Shown in pieces: positions 45,418 through 53,277 of a DNA stretch of 64,000 nt. The notes beneath the pieces are model-generated. The model was given only the letters and a program-made list of their open reading frames with translations. It was not told where the DNA came from and searched no databases. Source of the stretch: Oscillospiraceae bacterium (lineage in GTDB: Bacteria; Bacillota; Clostridia; Oscillospirales; Oscillospiraceae); the NCBI GenBank assembly GCA_017428565.1, contig JAFRQP010000088.1:28651-92650 (forward strand). Direction: 5' to 3'. The number at the start of each line of letters is the position of its first letter. Positions within the stretch are counted from its first letter, which is position 1. The position numbers and the translations under genes were made by a program.

Positions 45418-46416
45418 TTATTCCACTTCGTTTTCCTCGCGTTTGCGTGTTTTACGGCCGATGGGGTTTGCCATGGCGGCCTCGTGAAGCGCGGCATTGT
45501 CCAGATGGGTGTAGATCTGGGTGGTATTCAGATTGCTGTGGCCCAGAACCTCCTGCAAGGCGCGGGTGTCCACGCCGTGTTTGAGCATCAGCGTGGCCGC
45601 TGTGTGACGCAGCTTGTGCGGAGAGTAACGACTGGGATCCAACCCGGCGGTCAGCAGCTTTTTTCCCAGCATTTGTTGAACGCCTCGTACGCCAAATCTG
45701 CCATTTTTTTGACTGATAAAGAGGGCGTTTTTATCTTTTTCCGGAACTTTTTCAACGTTTCTTACCATTAAATAGTCATCGATCGCCTCGCGGCAGCCCT
45801 CTCCGAAGTAAACCACGCGCTCTTTGTTGCCTTTACCCAGGACCCGCACGTGATCCTCGTACACGTCTGTCAGGTTCAGCGAGACCAGCTCCGACACGCG
45901 GAGCCCGCAGGACAGAAAGAGCATCAAAATCGCGTAATCCCGAAGACCATACTTGTCGTCGCAGGCGGCAAGCAGGCGCTCGCATTCGGTTTCTTCCAGA
46001 TACCGCGGCAGACTGGCCTGGCGCTTCGGCATGTCCAACTCCTGGGTGATGTTTTTGTCCAGAAGATGACGCTTCGCGGTCAGATAGTTGAAAAAGGATT
46101 TGACCGTTGAGGTGCGTCTGCAGCGACTGGCTGCGGAGAGATTCTGGTTGGATTCCGGCGAGAAGGACTGATAGCGATAAAGCTCCTCAATGCGCGTAGT
46201 CTTGATAAAGTCCAGGTCCACATCGGTGATGTCGATCTCATCAAAAGGTGTCTGCGGATCGACGAGACGACGGCGGCGTTTGAGAAAACGCAGCAGGATT
46301 TTCAGATCCAGATAATAAGCCATAATGGTACGATCGGAGTGACCGCGCACCGTGGAATGGTATTCCAGAAAATCCATTACAAGATCCGGCACGTCATTGA
46401 TTTCATCCCATTTCAT
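45418..46416 (-). CDS. Xer-type site-specific tyrosine recombinase
   Basis: 332 aa. The N-terminal SAM-like domain has FLEYHSTVRGHSDRTIMAYYLDLKILLRF. The catalytic region has LSCGLRVSEL...HKLRHTAATLML...LGHSNLNTTQIYTHL (R..HxxR..Y). ATG at 46416 lies 6 nt after GGAGG. No phage or mobile genes flank it. Confidence 0.85.
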   Translation of the reverse strand: MKWDEINDVPDLVMDFLEYHSTVRGHSDRTIMAYYLDLKILLRFLKRRRRLVDPQTPFDEIDITDVDLDFIKTTRIEELYRYQSFSPESNQNLSAASRCRRTSTVKSFFNYLTAKRHLLDKNITQELDMPKRQASLPRYLEETECERLLAACDDKYGLRDYAILMLFLSCGLRVSELVSLNLTDVYEDHVRVLGKGNKERVVYFGEGCREAIDDYLMVRNVEKVPEKDKNALFISQKNGRFGVRGVQQMLGKKLLTAGLDPSRYSPHKLRHTAATLMLKHGVDTRALQEVLGHSNLNTTQIYTHLDNAALHEAAMANPIGRKTRKREENEVE

Positions 46417-46448
46417 ATGCAGCCTCCAAATCAGGAAAAGCATCAAAA

Positions 46449-46476
46449 ATCTCGCTAAATTTATATTATGCGAGAT
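46449..46476. other. dif-like recombination site candidate (11-6-11 imperfect palindrome)
   Basis: ATCTCGCTAAA TTTATA TTATGCGAGAT. The inner core matches the conserved dif core (..AA-TnTATA-TTATG..). The site overlaps a possible xer promoter (TTGGAT-17-CATAAT, 46465-46493 on the minus strand). Confidence 0.4.
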
Positions 46477-46648
46477 TTGCTGCTCTGATCCAACAGGGAA
46501 ACCAATTGCTTCCCTGCTGGCAATATTATATCGATTTTAGCTGGCGCTGTCAAGACTGGATTTGGGATCCTTCTGTCAGATGAAGCGATTCAATCCACGT
46601 GAAGGTTTGCGGCGTGTATGATCCGCATTGGGTATCTCTATGACATCG

Positions 46649-47395
46649 TTAAAAAGTTGGATCGTCCGCCGGGGTTTGACTTGTTGCTTCCAGTACAAAA
46701 GCACTGCCGATATCAAAGACCGGCTCTTGTGTCAGAAAATGCAGCGAAACGCCTTTGCCGCTCAAAAACGTTTCTATCCTCCCCTTGTCCGGATGCTCAT
46801 CCAAATGCCCGGTCACAATCAGATTCTTCTCGTCAAACAAAAAGCCCGCTCCGCCTAGGAATCCGTATGGAAAGCCCTCCAGCGCGACATGTCCCGGGGT
46901 GATCTGCAGGACATCCAAACCGGCCTTTCGGGCCGCGGACGCTATTCCGTGGTCGGCCGTGATCAGACTGTTCTCGTCAACCGGCAGACAGCTGCAGCGC
47001 AGATATCCTTGTTTTACCGCGATCCCTTGATATCCCCCTTTGCTTGTTAAGAAATTCACAATATCGGGATCGCTGGCCTTTGGAGAGTAAAACAGACGCT
47101 TCCCCAGAGTCAAGAGGTTCATCCGAGCGTCATTTGGATATCGAAATTGCTCTGAATGGATCGAAAAATTGACAAAATAGCCGAAAATCTTGAGTATTTC
47201 CGGCAGTTTTGTGCTGAACAGATGCGAAGAAAGCCAGATCTCCTCCCCTGCCCGGAAAAAGCTCAGGTCCGCATGAGAGCGCAGACGAGGATCCAGATTT
47301 GGATTCTGCGGCAGATACAGCGGCTCCAGGTCCAGTGCGCGCAGAGCTGCATCCAGCTTAGCCTGCCAGGCTTCCCCAAGAACGACGGGTTTCAC
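46649..47395 (-). CDS. Conserved hypothetical protein translationally coupled to radA
   Basis: 248 aa with no recognisable catalytic motif. The GTG start overlaps the radA stop (GTGA). Confidence 0.6.
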   Translation of the reverse strand: MKPVVLGEAWQAKLDAALRALDLEPLYLPQNPNLDPRLRSHADLSFFRAGEEIWLSSHLFSTKLPEILKIFGYFVNFSIHSEQFRYPNDARMNLLTLGKRLFYSPKASDPDIVNFLTSKGGYQGIAVKQGYLRCSCLPVDENSLITADHGIASAARKAGLDVLQITPGHVALEGFPYGFLGGAGFLFDEKNLIVTGHLDEHPDKGRIETFLSGKGVSLHFLTQEPVFDIGSAFVLEATSQTPADDPTF

Positions 47396-48756
47396 TTCTT
47401 TCCCAATACGGCGGCCACGGCTTCGCCCACGTTCTTCACGGGAATCAGCTTCAGAGAATCCGGCCGGTGCAGCTCCTGGCGCACGTGGGCTGGGATCACA
47501 CAGCGGCGAAAGCCCAGACGGGCGATCTCGCTGAGACGCTGGTTCAAGCTGCTGACGCTGCGGATCTCCCCTGCCAAGCCCACCTCTCCGATGGCTGCCA
47601 GGTCCCCGCCCAGGGGGCGATCCAGGTAACTGGAGGCGATGGCCAGCACCGTTGCCAGGTCTGCGGCGGGTTCCTCCAGACTCAGTCCGCCAACTACGTT
47701 AATGTAGGCGTCGCAATTTCCCACCGGGAGTCCGCCGCGCTTTTCCAGCACGGCCAGCAGCATGGCGGCCCGGTTATAGTCGATACCGTTGGAGCGACGG
47801 GAAGCATTGTAGCCTGCCGGGGTCACAAGCGCCTGCACCTCGGCCAGCAGCGGTCTGGTACCCTCAATCACGCAGGAGACACAGGTGCCGGGGCTGTTCT
47901 CCGGACGACCGGACAGCAGCATCTCGGAGGGGTTTTCCACACAGCGCAAGCCCTCCTCGCCCATTTCAAAGACGCCGATCTCGTTGGTGGAGCCGAAGCG
48001 GTTTTTCGCCGCGCGGAGAATGCGGAAGCTGGTGCTGCGTTCACCCTCGAAATACAGCACGCAATCCACCATATGTTCCAGGACCTTCGGGCCGGCGATA
48101 CTCCCCTCCTTGGTGATGTGTCCTACCACAAAGATGGTCAGGCCCTTCTCTTTGGCAAGACGCATCAGCTGCAGGGTGCACTCCCGCACCTGACTCACGC
48201 TGCCCGGGGCAGACTCCGCCGCAGAGCTGGAGACCGTCTGTATGGAGTCCAGGATCAGAATATCCGGCGAGAGCTCTTCAGACGCGGCAAGGATGTTATC
48301 CAGATCGGTCTCCGCCAGGACGTAGAGCTTCTCGTTCTGAACACCCAGGCGTTGGGCCCGGAGCTTGAGCTGGCGCTCGCTCTCCTCGGCGCTGACATAC
48401 AGGATCAGCTGCCCGGGGTCCAAAGTGGCGCACATCTGCAGCAGCAGCGTGGATTTGCCGATGCCCGGCGCGCCGCCTACCAGGTTCAGAGAGCCGAGGA
48501 CTGCGCCGCCCCCCAGCACCCGGTCAAATTCCGGAATGCCGGATAAAAAGCGGCTCTCCTCCTCCGTGTCCAGCACGGAGAGCTTGCGCGGCTCCTTGCG
48601 GAGAACGCTGCCGCGGTTTCTGGAGGCGGGCTTGTCGCTGATTTCCAGCTCTTTGAGGGTGTTCCACATCCCGCAGCTGGGGCACTTCCCCGCCCAGTTG
48701 GAGGTCTCGTTTCCGCATTCCGCGCAGACATAGACCGTTTTCTTTTTATTGGCCAT
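47392..48756 (-). CDS. radA: DNA repair protein RadA/Sms
   Basis: Zn-finger CAECGNETSNWAGKCPSCGMWNT, Walker A GGAPGIGKST, the KNRFG motif and a Lon-like C-terminal domain. Confidence 0.95.
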   Translation of the reverse strand: MANKKKTVYVCAECGNETSNWAGKCPSCGMWNTLKELEISDKPASRNRGSVLRKEPRKLSVLDTEEESRFLSGIPEFDRVLGGGAVLGSLNLVGGAPGIGKSTLLLQMCATLDPGQLILYVSAEESERQLKLRAQRLGVQNEKLYVLAETDLDNILAASEELSPDILILDSIQTVSSSAAESAPGSVSQVRECTLQLMRLAKEKGLTIFVVGHITKEGSIAGPKVLEHMVDCVLYFEGERSTSFRILRAAKNRFGSTNEIGVFEMGEEGLRCVENPSEMLLSGRPENSPGTCVSCVIEGTRPLLAEVQALVTPAGYNASRRSNGIDYNRAAMLLAVLEKRGGLPVGNCDAYINVVGGLSLEEPAADLATVLAIASSYLDRPLGGDLAAIGEVGLAGEIRSVSSLNQRLSEIARLGFRRCVIPAHVRQELHRPDSLKLIPVKNVGEAVAAVLGKK

Positions 48757-48782
48757 GCTCTTCTCCTTTTGCGGCGCTCAGC

Positions 48783-49511
48783 TCAGGCTTCGCCGTCCAT
48801 GTATTGCAGGCAGGCGCAGAGAAGCACCGCCGCAAAGCTTTTTTGATAGTTATCTCTACTAAGATCCTGCAGGTCCGTCAGATTGGACAGAAATCCGCAC
48901 TCAACCAGCGCGAAGGGGCAGTCCACATGGCTGGGCAAATAGAGTCCTTTGGAGGCAGGCTCCGCCAGACGTCGGTTATCCGGCTGGAGGTAGGTCACAA
49001 TGCAGTTTTGAATGCAAGCGCCAAGCCGCCGGCTCTCTTCCCCGGCACCGTAGAGTACCTGGGCGCCGCTGGGCTGGGACGTGGGAAAGGTGTTTTGATG
49101 AATGCTCAGACAAAAGCCTGCGTCCACGGCGTTGATCTGTTCTGCGCGCCAGACCAGGTCTTCATGCTCGCTGTAGGACAGGAGATCGGTCCGGCGGCTG
49201 TCATCCTCCCGGGTAAGTGCCGTCGAAATGCCGTAAAAATCCGCCAGATCTCGCAGCTTCAAGGCGATCGCAAGGTTCAGATCGCTCTCCTTCACGCCAT
49301 TATAGGCGATGGCCCCGCCGTCGATGCCGCCGTGGCCCGGATCCAGGATCAGACAGGTTCTGGTTGATGGCGCTAAGGTCGGCGCAGCCCCGGATCCCAT
49401 GCCGGATGCGAGCCAGAGCGAGGCGAAAAGTACTGTCAAGGCGATCAGAACGGTCAAAACACGCTGCCTGCGGAAGCGATCGCCGTTTTTGTCGGTTTGC
49501 GCTGCTCTCAT
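48783..49511 (-). CDS. cwlD: N-acetylmuramoyl-L-alanine amidase, CwlD-like (germination-specific)
   Basis: N-terminal TM helix and Amidase_3 motifs LDPGHGGIDGGA, KESDLNLAIAL and SIHQN. ATG at 49511 lies 9 nt after GGAGAGGGGGA. Confidence 0.8.
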   Translation of the reverse strand: MRAAQTDKNGDRFRRQRVLTVLIALTVLFASLWLASGMGSGAAPTLAPSTRTCLILDPGHGGIDGGAIAYNGVKESDLNLAIALKLRDLADFYGISTALTREDDSRRTDLLSYSEHEDLVWRAEQINAVDAGFCLSIHQNTFPTSQPSGAQVLYGAGEESRRLGACIQNCIVTYLQPDNRRLAEPASKGLYLPSHVDCPFALVECGFLSNLTDLQDLSRDNYQKSFAAVLLCACLQYMDGEA

Positions 49512-49544
49512 TATAGCGTTTCCCCCTCTCCAAGTCAAAGGGAA

Positions 49545-51023
49545 TCACAGCAAAATGCAGATCAGCCCGCTGCTGTCCTCGTTGATCAGGCGCTGCAGCG
49601 TCTCCCGCAGCCGCAGCCGGGCGTTTTCCGGAAGAGACGCAATGCGCGCGCTCAGACTCTCCTCCGCCAGGTCATTCAGGGACTTTCCGAAGATCTTGGA
49701 TTCCCAAATCCGGTTTACGTCACCGTCAAAGCCCTGGAGCAAAAAGCCCAGCACGTCTTCGGAAGCTCCGTCGCCGCCGATGGCCGGGTTTACCTCGCAC
49801 TCCACCTGGGTGCGAAGCATGTGGATGGCCGGAGCGCCCGCGCGGAGCTTGACGGCATATTTGCCGTTTTGACGCACGATCTGCGGCTCCTCCAGCCGCA
49901 GCTCCGCCGCGTCGGGGAGTACGACGCCGTAACCGGTCTTCCGCACGTCTGCGAGGGCCTGGCGTATGTGGTCGTAATCCTGTTTTGCCTCGCTGAGCTC
50001 CGTGAGCGCAGCCAAAAGCGCGCTGTCATCCGGGATATCCATGCCGCTGACGCTTGATAAAAGCTCGAAATAGCGCGCTCTGGGAAGCTCCAGACGGATC
50101 TGTGCGCTGCCACGGCCCAAATCTTCGGCACAGGTCTGGACGGCGCTGAACAGCTCGCAGCTCGCCAGCCGTTCCAGCACCGCGGGAAGCTGGCCCAGGG
50201 TCTCGATCCCCTCCCCTGCCCCGCGGATCGCCTCGGAAATCGGCTCCAGAAGTGTCTCCCCTGCCCCGGGACTCATGACCCAGGAGGGCAGGAAAAAGCC
50301 CAGAGAACGCAGCGGAAAGGCTTCCAGCACAACGCGCAGGATCTCCTGCAGCTGCGTCTCCTGCAGCTCCTGGCAGTTCACCGGAATACAGGAAACATGA
50401 AAACGCTCCCGTATTTCCTCTGCCGTGCTTAGGGCCTCCTCCCCTGCCGGATCTGCGCTGTTCAGCAGCACCACGAAGGGCTTGCCGATCTCCTGCAGCT
50501 CCCGGATTACGCGGCTCTCCGGCTCCCGGTATGCCTCCCGGGGCAGCTCGCAAACGCTGCCGTCGGTGGTGACCACGATACCGATATCGGCGTGCTGGCG
50601 GATCACCAGGGCAGTCCCCTGCTCCGCAGCCTGACTCATGCTCACCTCGTGATCGAACCATGGCGTGGTGACCATGCGCTCCTGTCCGTCTTCCAGCTGC
50701 CCGACGGCGCCCTCCACCATGTAGCCTACGCAGTCCACCAGCCGGACGGAGAGACCGCTGTTCTCACCCAGGGAGATGCGAACCGGTTCCTCCGGCACGA
50801 ATTTGGGCTCGGCGGTCATGATGCTGCGGCCGGAGCCGCTTTGGGGCAGTTCATCCCAGGCACGCTGGCGCATATACTCGTTGTCGATCCGCGGGAGGAC
50901 CAGGGTCTCCATAAAACGTTTGATAAAGGTGGATTTCCCGGTGCGCACCGGGCCGACGACCCCCAGCATGCATGCGCCGCCCGTGCGCGCCGCCAGCTGT
51001 TCATAGATCTTGCTTTCGGTCAT
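49545..51023 (-). CDS. spoIVA: Stage IV sporulation protein A (spore coat morphogenetic ATPase)
   Basis: IYEQLAARTGGACMLGVVGPVRTGKSTFIKRFME...SGSGRSIMTAEPKFVPEE. ATG at 51023 follows GGAGGC. Confidence 0.93.
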   Translation of the reverse strand: MTESKIYEQLAARTGGACMLGVVGPVRTGKSTFIKRFMETLVLPRIDNEYMRQRAWDELPQSGSGRSIMTAEPKFVPEEPVRISLGENSGLSVRLVDCVGYMVEGAVGQLEDGQERMVTTPWFDHEVSMSQAAEQGTALVIRQHADIGIVVTTDGSVCELPREAYREPESRVIRELQEIGKPFVVLLNSADPAGEEALSTAEEIRERFHVSCIPVNCQELQETQLQEILRVVLEAFPLRSLGFFLPSWVMSPGAGETLLEPISEAIRGAGEGIETLGQLPAVLERLASCELFSAVQTCAEDLGRGSAQIRLELPRARYFELLSSVSGMDIPDDSALLAALTELSEAKQDYDHIRQALADVRKTGYGVVLPDAAELRLEEPQIVRQNGKYAVKLRAGAPAIHMLRTQVECEVNPAIGGDGASEDVLGFLLQGFDGDVNRIWESKIFGKSLNDLAEESLSARIASLPENARLRLRETLQRLINEDSSGLICILL

Positions 51024-51059
51024 AAATAACGCCTCCGCTCTCATGTTCTCGCTGCTACG

Positions 51060-51089
51060 AGTGTATGAGATGCGGAGGCGCTGTATGAC
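51060..51089 (-). promoter_or_regulatory. Sigma-E type (mother-cell) promoter upstream of spoIVA
   Basis: On the minus strand: GTCATACA, 14 nt spacer, CATACACT. This matches the Bacillus sigma-E consensus (-35 ..ATA.., -10 CATACA-T). Confidence 0.55.
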
Positions 51090-51103
51090 AGACCCCGATG
51101 GGC

Positions 51104-51868
51104 TCAGAAAAAGCGGGCAGTCTGGCCGTGAACCTGAGAAATGCGGAAATCCACCGTCGGGAAAGCCTCCCGCAGGCGCTGCGTCAGCACAGGGATCACC
51201 GGATTCTCGGTGCAGAAATGGTCGGCGTCGATGAAATTGATGCCCATCTCCGCGGCTTCCAGAAATACGTGGTATTTGATGTCGGAGGTCACGTAGGTGT
51301 CGCAGCCCTTTAGTACGGCGTATTCCAGCGCGTCTGCCCCGGCGCCGCCCATGACGGCGAGACGATGGACCGGCCTTCCGCCGGAGACATAGCGCAGACC
51401 GTTTGCATGCAGGCGTTTCTTGCAGAGAGCGAGAAAGCCCTCAAGGGGCAGGGCTTCCGGCAGGGTGCCCACACGGCCGCAGCCGTCGGCGTCCAGAGCC
51501 TCCTCCGGCTCCGCGCCGAGAAGGCGGATCAGCACGTCGTTTACCCCGCCTGCTGCGATGTCCAGGTTGGTGTGCATGCAGATCGCCCCGATGCCCTTCT
51601 CCGCAAGCAGCAGCGCGCGTCCGGCTTCACCGCCAGGACGAAGAGACTTGATGCCGCGAAAGATCACGGGGTGATGTGCCACAATGAGTTCCGCGCCGAG
51701 GGCTGCGGCCTCCTCGATCACGGGCGTGGTAATGTCAAGCGAAACCAGCGCGCAACGCACCTCGCGCTCCGCGTGACCGATGAGAAAGCCGGCATTGTCA
51801 AAGCCGAGCTGCAGCTCCGGCGGAGCGATGCGGCAAAGCTCGTTATAGATTTCCTGAATATTTGGCAT
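51104..51868 (-). CDS. Nif3-like dinuclear metal center protein (YqfO family)
   Basis: 254 aa with LVSLDIT...AELIVAHHP and C-terminal DADHF...E motifs. Lies in trmK-nif3 synteny. Confidence 0.85.
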   Translation of the reverse strand: MPNIQEIYNELCRIAPPELQLGFDNAGFLIGHAEREVRCALVSLDITTPVIEEAAALGAELIVAHHPVIFRGIKSLRPGGEAGRALLLAEKGIGAICMHTNLDIAAGGVNDVLIRLLGAEPEEALDADGCGRVGTLPEALPLEGFLALCKKRLHANGLRYVSGGRPVHRLAVMGGAGADALEYAVLKGCDTYVTSDIKYHVFLEAAEMGINFIDADHFCTENPVIPVLTQRLREAFPTVDFRISQVHGQTARFF

Positions 51869-52538
51869 GCGCTTCCCTCTCTTTCAGTTCTTCGGCAACG
51901 GCCTCCATCAGACGCAGCCGTCCCGGCTCCCGACCGCTCTTCCGGAGACCGGCCAGCAGCTTTTCCATCCGGTCACGCTGCCGGGAAAGAAAGACCGGCC
52001 AAAGCTCTTCCTGCTCGATCTGCTCGAAGGCGCCGGTGTAGAGCTCCGCGTCGCTGAGCCTCTGTTCACCGCCGAAGCGGGTGCACAGCAGCGCATAGAG
52101 CTCTCCCGCGTCCTCCGCCAGGCGCTCGGCCTCGATGACGAAGCCATTGTTTGTAAGCCAATAACGCAGCACTTCGGCCCGGGTCATGGGCTGCAGGATC
52201 AAGGTATAACGAGGATCCATGCACCACTCTGCCCGGTCCAGAATGCCGCAGATGGTGTCGCCGCCCATACCGGCGATGACTATGGTATCCACGGCCGACC
52301 GATCACAGCCGTCCAGCCCGTCGCAAAGCTGAAAGCAGATGCGCGAAGAGAGCCCCGCCGCAGCGGCACTGCGCCGTGCGGCGTTCAGAGGCCCCTCCCG
52401 CAAATCAGATGCGAAAAGGGCGCCTGGATAGCCGTGCCTTGCCAGAGACAGAGGCAGATAGCCGTGATCCGTGCCCACGTCGATGAGCCCGCGGCCGGGG
52501 CGTACAAGCGCCTCGATGGCTTGCAGACGTTTGTTCAT
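51843..52538 (-). CDS. trmK: tRNA (adenine22-N1)-methyltransferase TrmK
   Basis: RLQAIEALV..G..LIDVGTDHGYLPLSL...ASDLREGPL matches TrmK. Overlaps the nif3 start by 26 nt. Confidence 0.85.
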   Translation of the reverse strand: MNKRLQAIEALVRPGRGLIDVGTDHGYLPLSLARHGYPGALFASDLREGPLNAARRSAAAAGLSSRICFQLCDGLDGCDRSAVDTIVIAGMGGDTICGILDRAEWCMDPRYTLILQPMTRAEVLRYWLTNNGFVIEAERLAEDAGELYALLCTRFGGEQRLSDAELYTGAFEQIEQEELWPVFLSRQRDRMEKLLAGLRKSGREPGRLRLMEAVAEELKEREAHAKYSGNL

Positions 52539-52547
52539 AATATGCGT

Positions 52548-52748
52548 TCAGAGGTTTTCCAGGTAATTCTTCAGAAACTCCAGAAACTCGTCCGGGTCCA
52601 CGCCGTGGGCAGCGCAGGCCTGTTCCACGGTTTCGCCGCTGGCCATGGCGCAGCCGATGCAGTGCATCCCGATCTCCATAAAGGCCGGCATGGCCTCCGG
52701 GCAATTCTGGACGATGTCGCCAATGACAGTCTCACGTGTGATTTCCAT
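52548..52748 (-). CDS. DUF1858 / hybrid-cluster-protein-associated redox disulfide domain protein
   Basis: 66 aa with TVIGDIVQNCPEAMPAFMEIGMHCIGCAMASGETVEQAC. Confidence 0.7.
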   Translation of the reverse strand: MEITRETVIGDIVQNCPEAMPAFMEIGMHCIGCAMASGETVEQACAAHGVDPDEFLEFLKNYLENL

Positions 52749-52758
52749 ATGAATCTCC

Positions 52759-52900
52759 TTTCCTTATAGGCTCCCATGCCTAAGGGGAGCTGTCAGCGAA
52801 GCTGACTGAGGGGTTTGTGCAAGCATTAACCTTCTCCCTCATCCGTCAGCCGCCTTGCGTGGGACGGCGGCTGCCACCTTCCCCCCGCTGGGGGAAGGCT
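52759..52900 (-). repeat. Multi-hairpin intergenic repeat element, copy A
   Basis: It shares these blocks with copy B in the same order and orientation: CCTTATAGGCTCCC, GGGAGCTGTCAG, GCTGACTGAGGG, TTGTGC, CCGTCA, CTTGCG-GGGAC, TGCCACCT. Four hairpins are present. The element abuts the RBS of the DUF1858 gene. Confidence 0.8.
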
Positions 52901-52909
52901 ATCCAAAAG

Positions 52910-52938
52910 AAAAAAGGACGCACAAGGCGCCCTTTTTT
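52910..52938 (-). terminator. Rho-independent terminator after the zinc-ribbon gene
   Basis: AAAAAAGGACGC-ACAAG-GCGCCCTTTTTT with one mismatch. T-runs are available on both strands. Confidence 0.6.
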
Positions 52939-52951
52939 CTCAGTCAGGCGA

Positions 52952-53230
52952 TCAGGCCTGCTCTCTCATCTTAGCAAAGCACTCGCTGCAGTAGACGGGA
53001 CGGTCGGACTTGGGCTCGAAAGGAACCTTCGCCTCACGGCCGCAGGCAGCGCAAGTAGCAGTGAAGAACTCCCGGGGACCGCGGGCCGCGTTCTTGCGGG
53101 CGTCACGGCAGGGCTTGCAGCGCTGGGGCTCGTTCTGGAAGCCGCGCTCCGCGTAAAACTCCTGCTCACCGGCGGTGAAAACGAACTCTTTACCGCACTC
53201 TTTGCAAACTAAGGTCTTGTCTTCGTACAT
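52952..53230 (-). CDS. Zinc-ribbon domain protein (four CxxC motifs)
   Basis: 92 aa with CKECG, CKPCR, CAACG and CSECF motifs. RBS AGAGAGGA. Confidence 0.7.
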   Translation of the reverse strand: MYEDKTLVCKECGKEFVFTAGEQEFYAERGFQNEPQRCKPCRDARKNAARGPREFFTATCAACGREAKVPFEPKSDRPVYCSECFAKMREQA

Positions 53231-53277
53231 TTTGGAATCCTCTCTTTTGATAGTTGCCGTTTCGGCTGTATTTGCGA

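Noticed and set aside
41277-45497. A 1406-aa minus-strand ORF spanning pfp, fba and the P-type-like gene.
   Set aside because: Only the C-terminal 413 aa (the PFK, with its own RBS and ATG at 42518) look like protein. The rest is a stop-free antisense frame of the clearly recognisable + strand fba and ATPase-like genes, which is typical of high-GC DNA.
45418-46416. The tyrosine recombinase as a marker of a prophage or integrative element.
   Set aside because: No phage, conjugation, excisionase or cargo genes flank it, and no direct repeats are visible around it. The neighbours are core genes (radA, fba). The sequence is Xer-like rather than phage-integrase-like.
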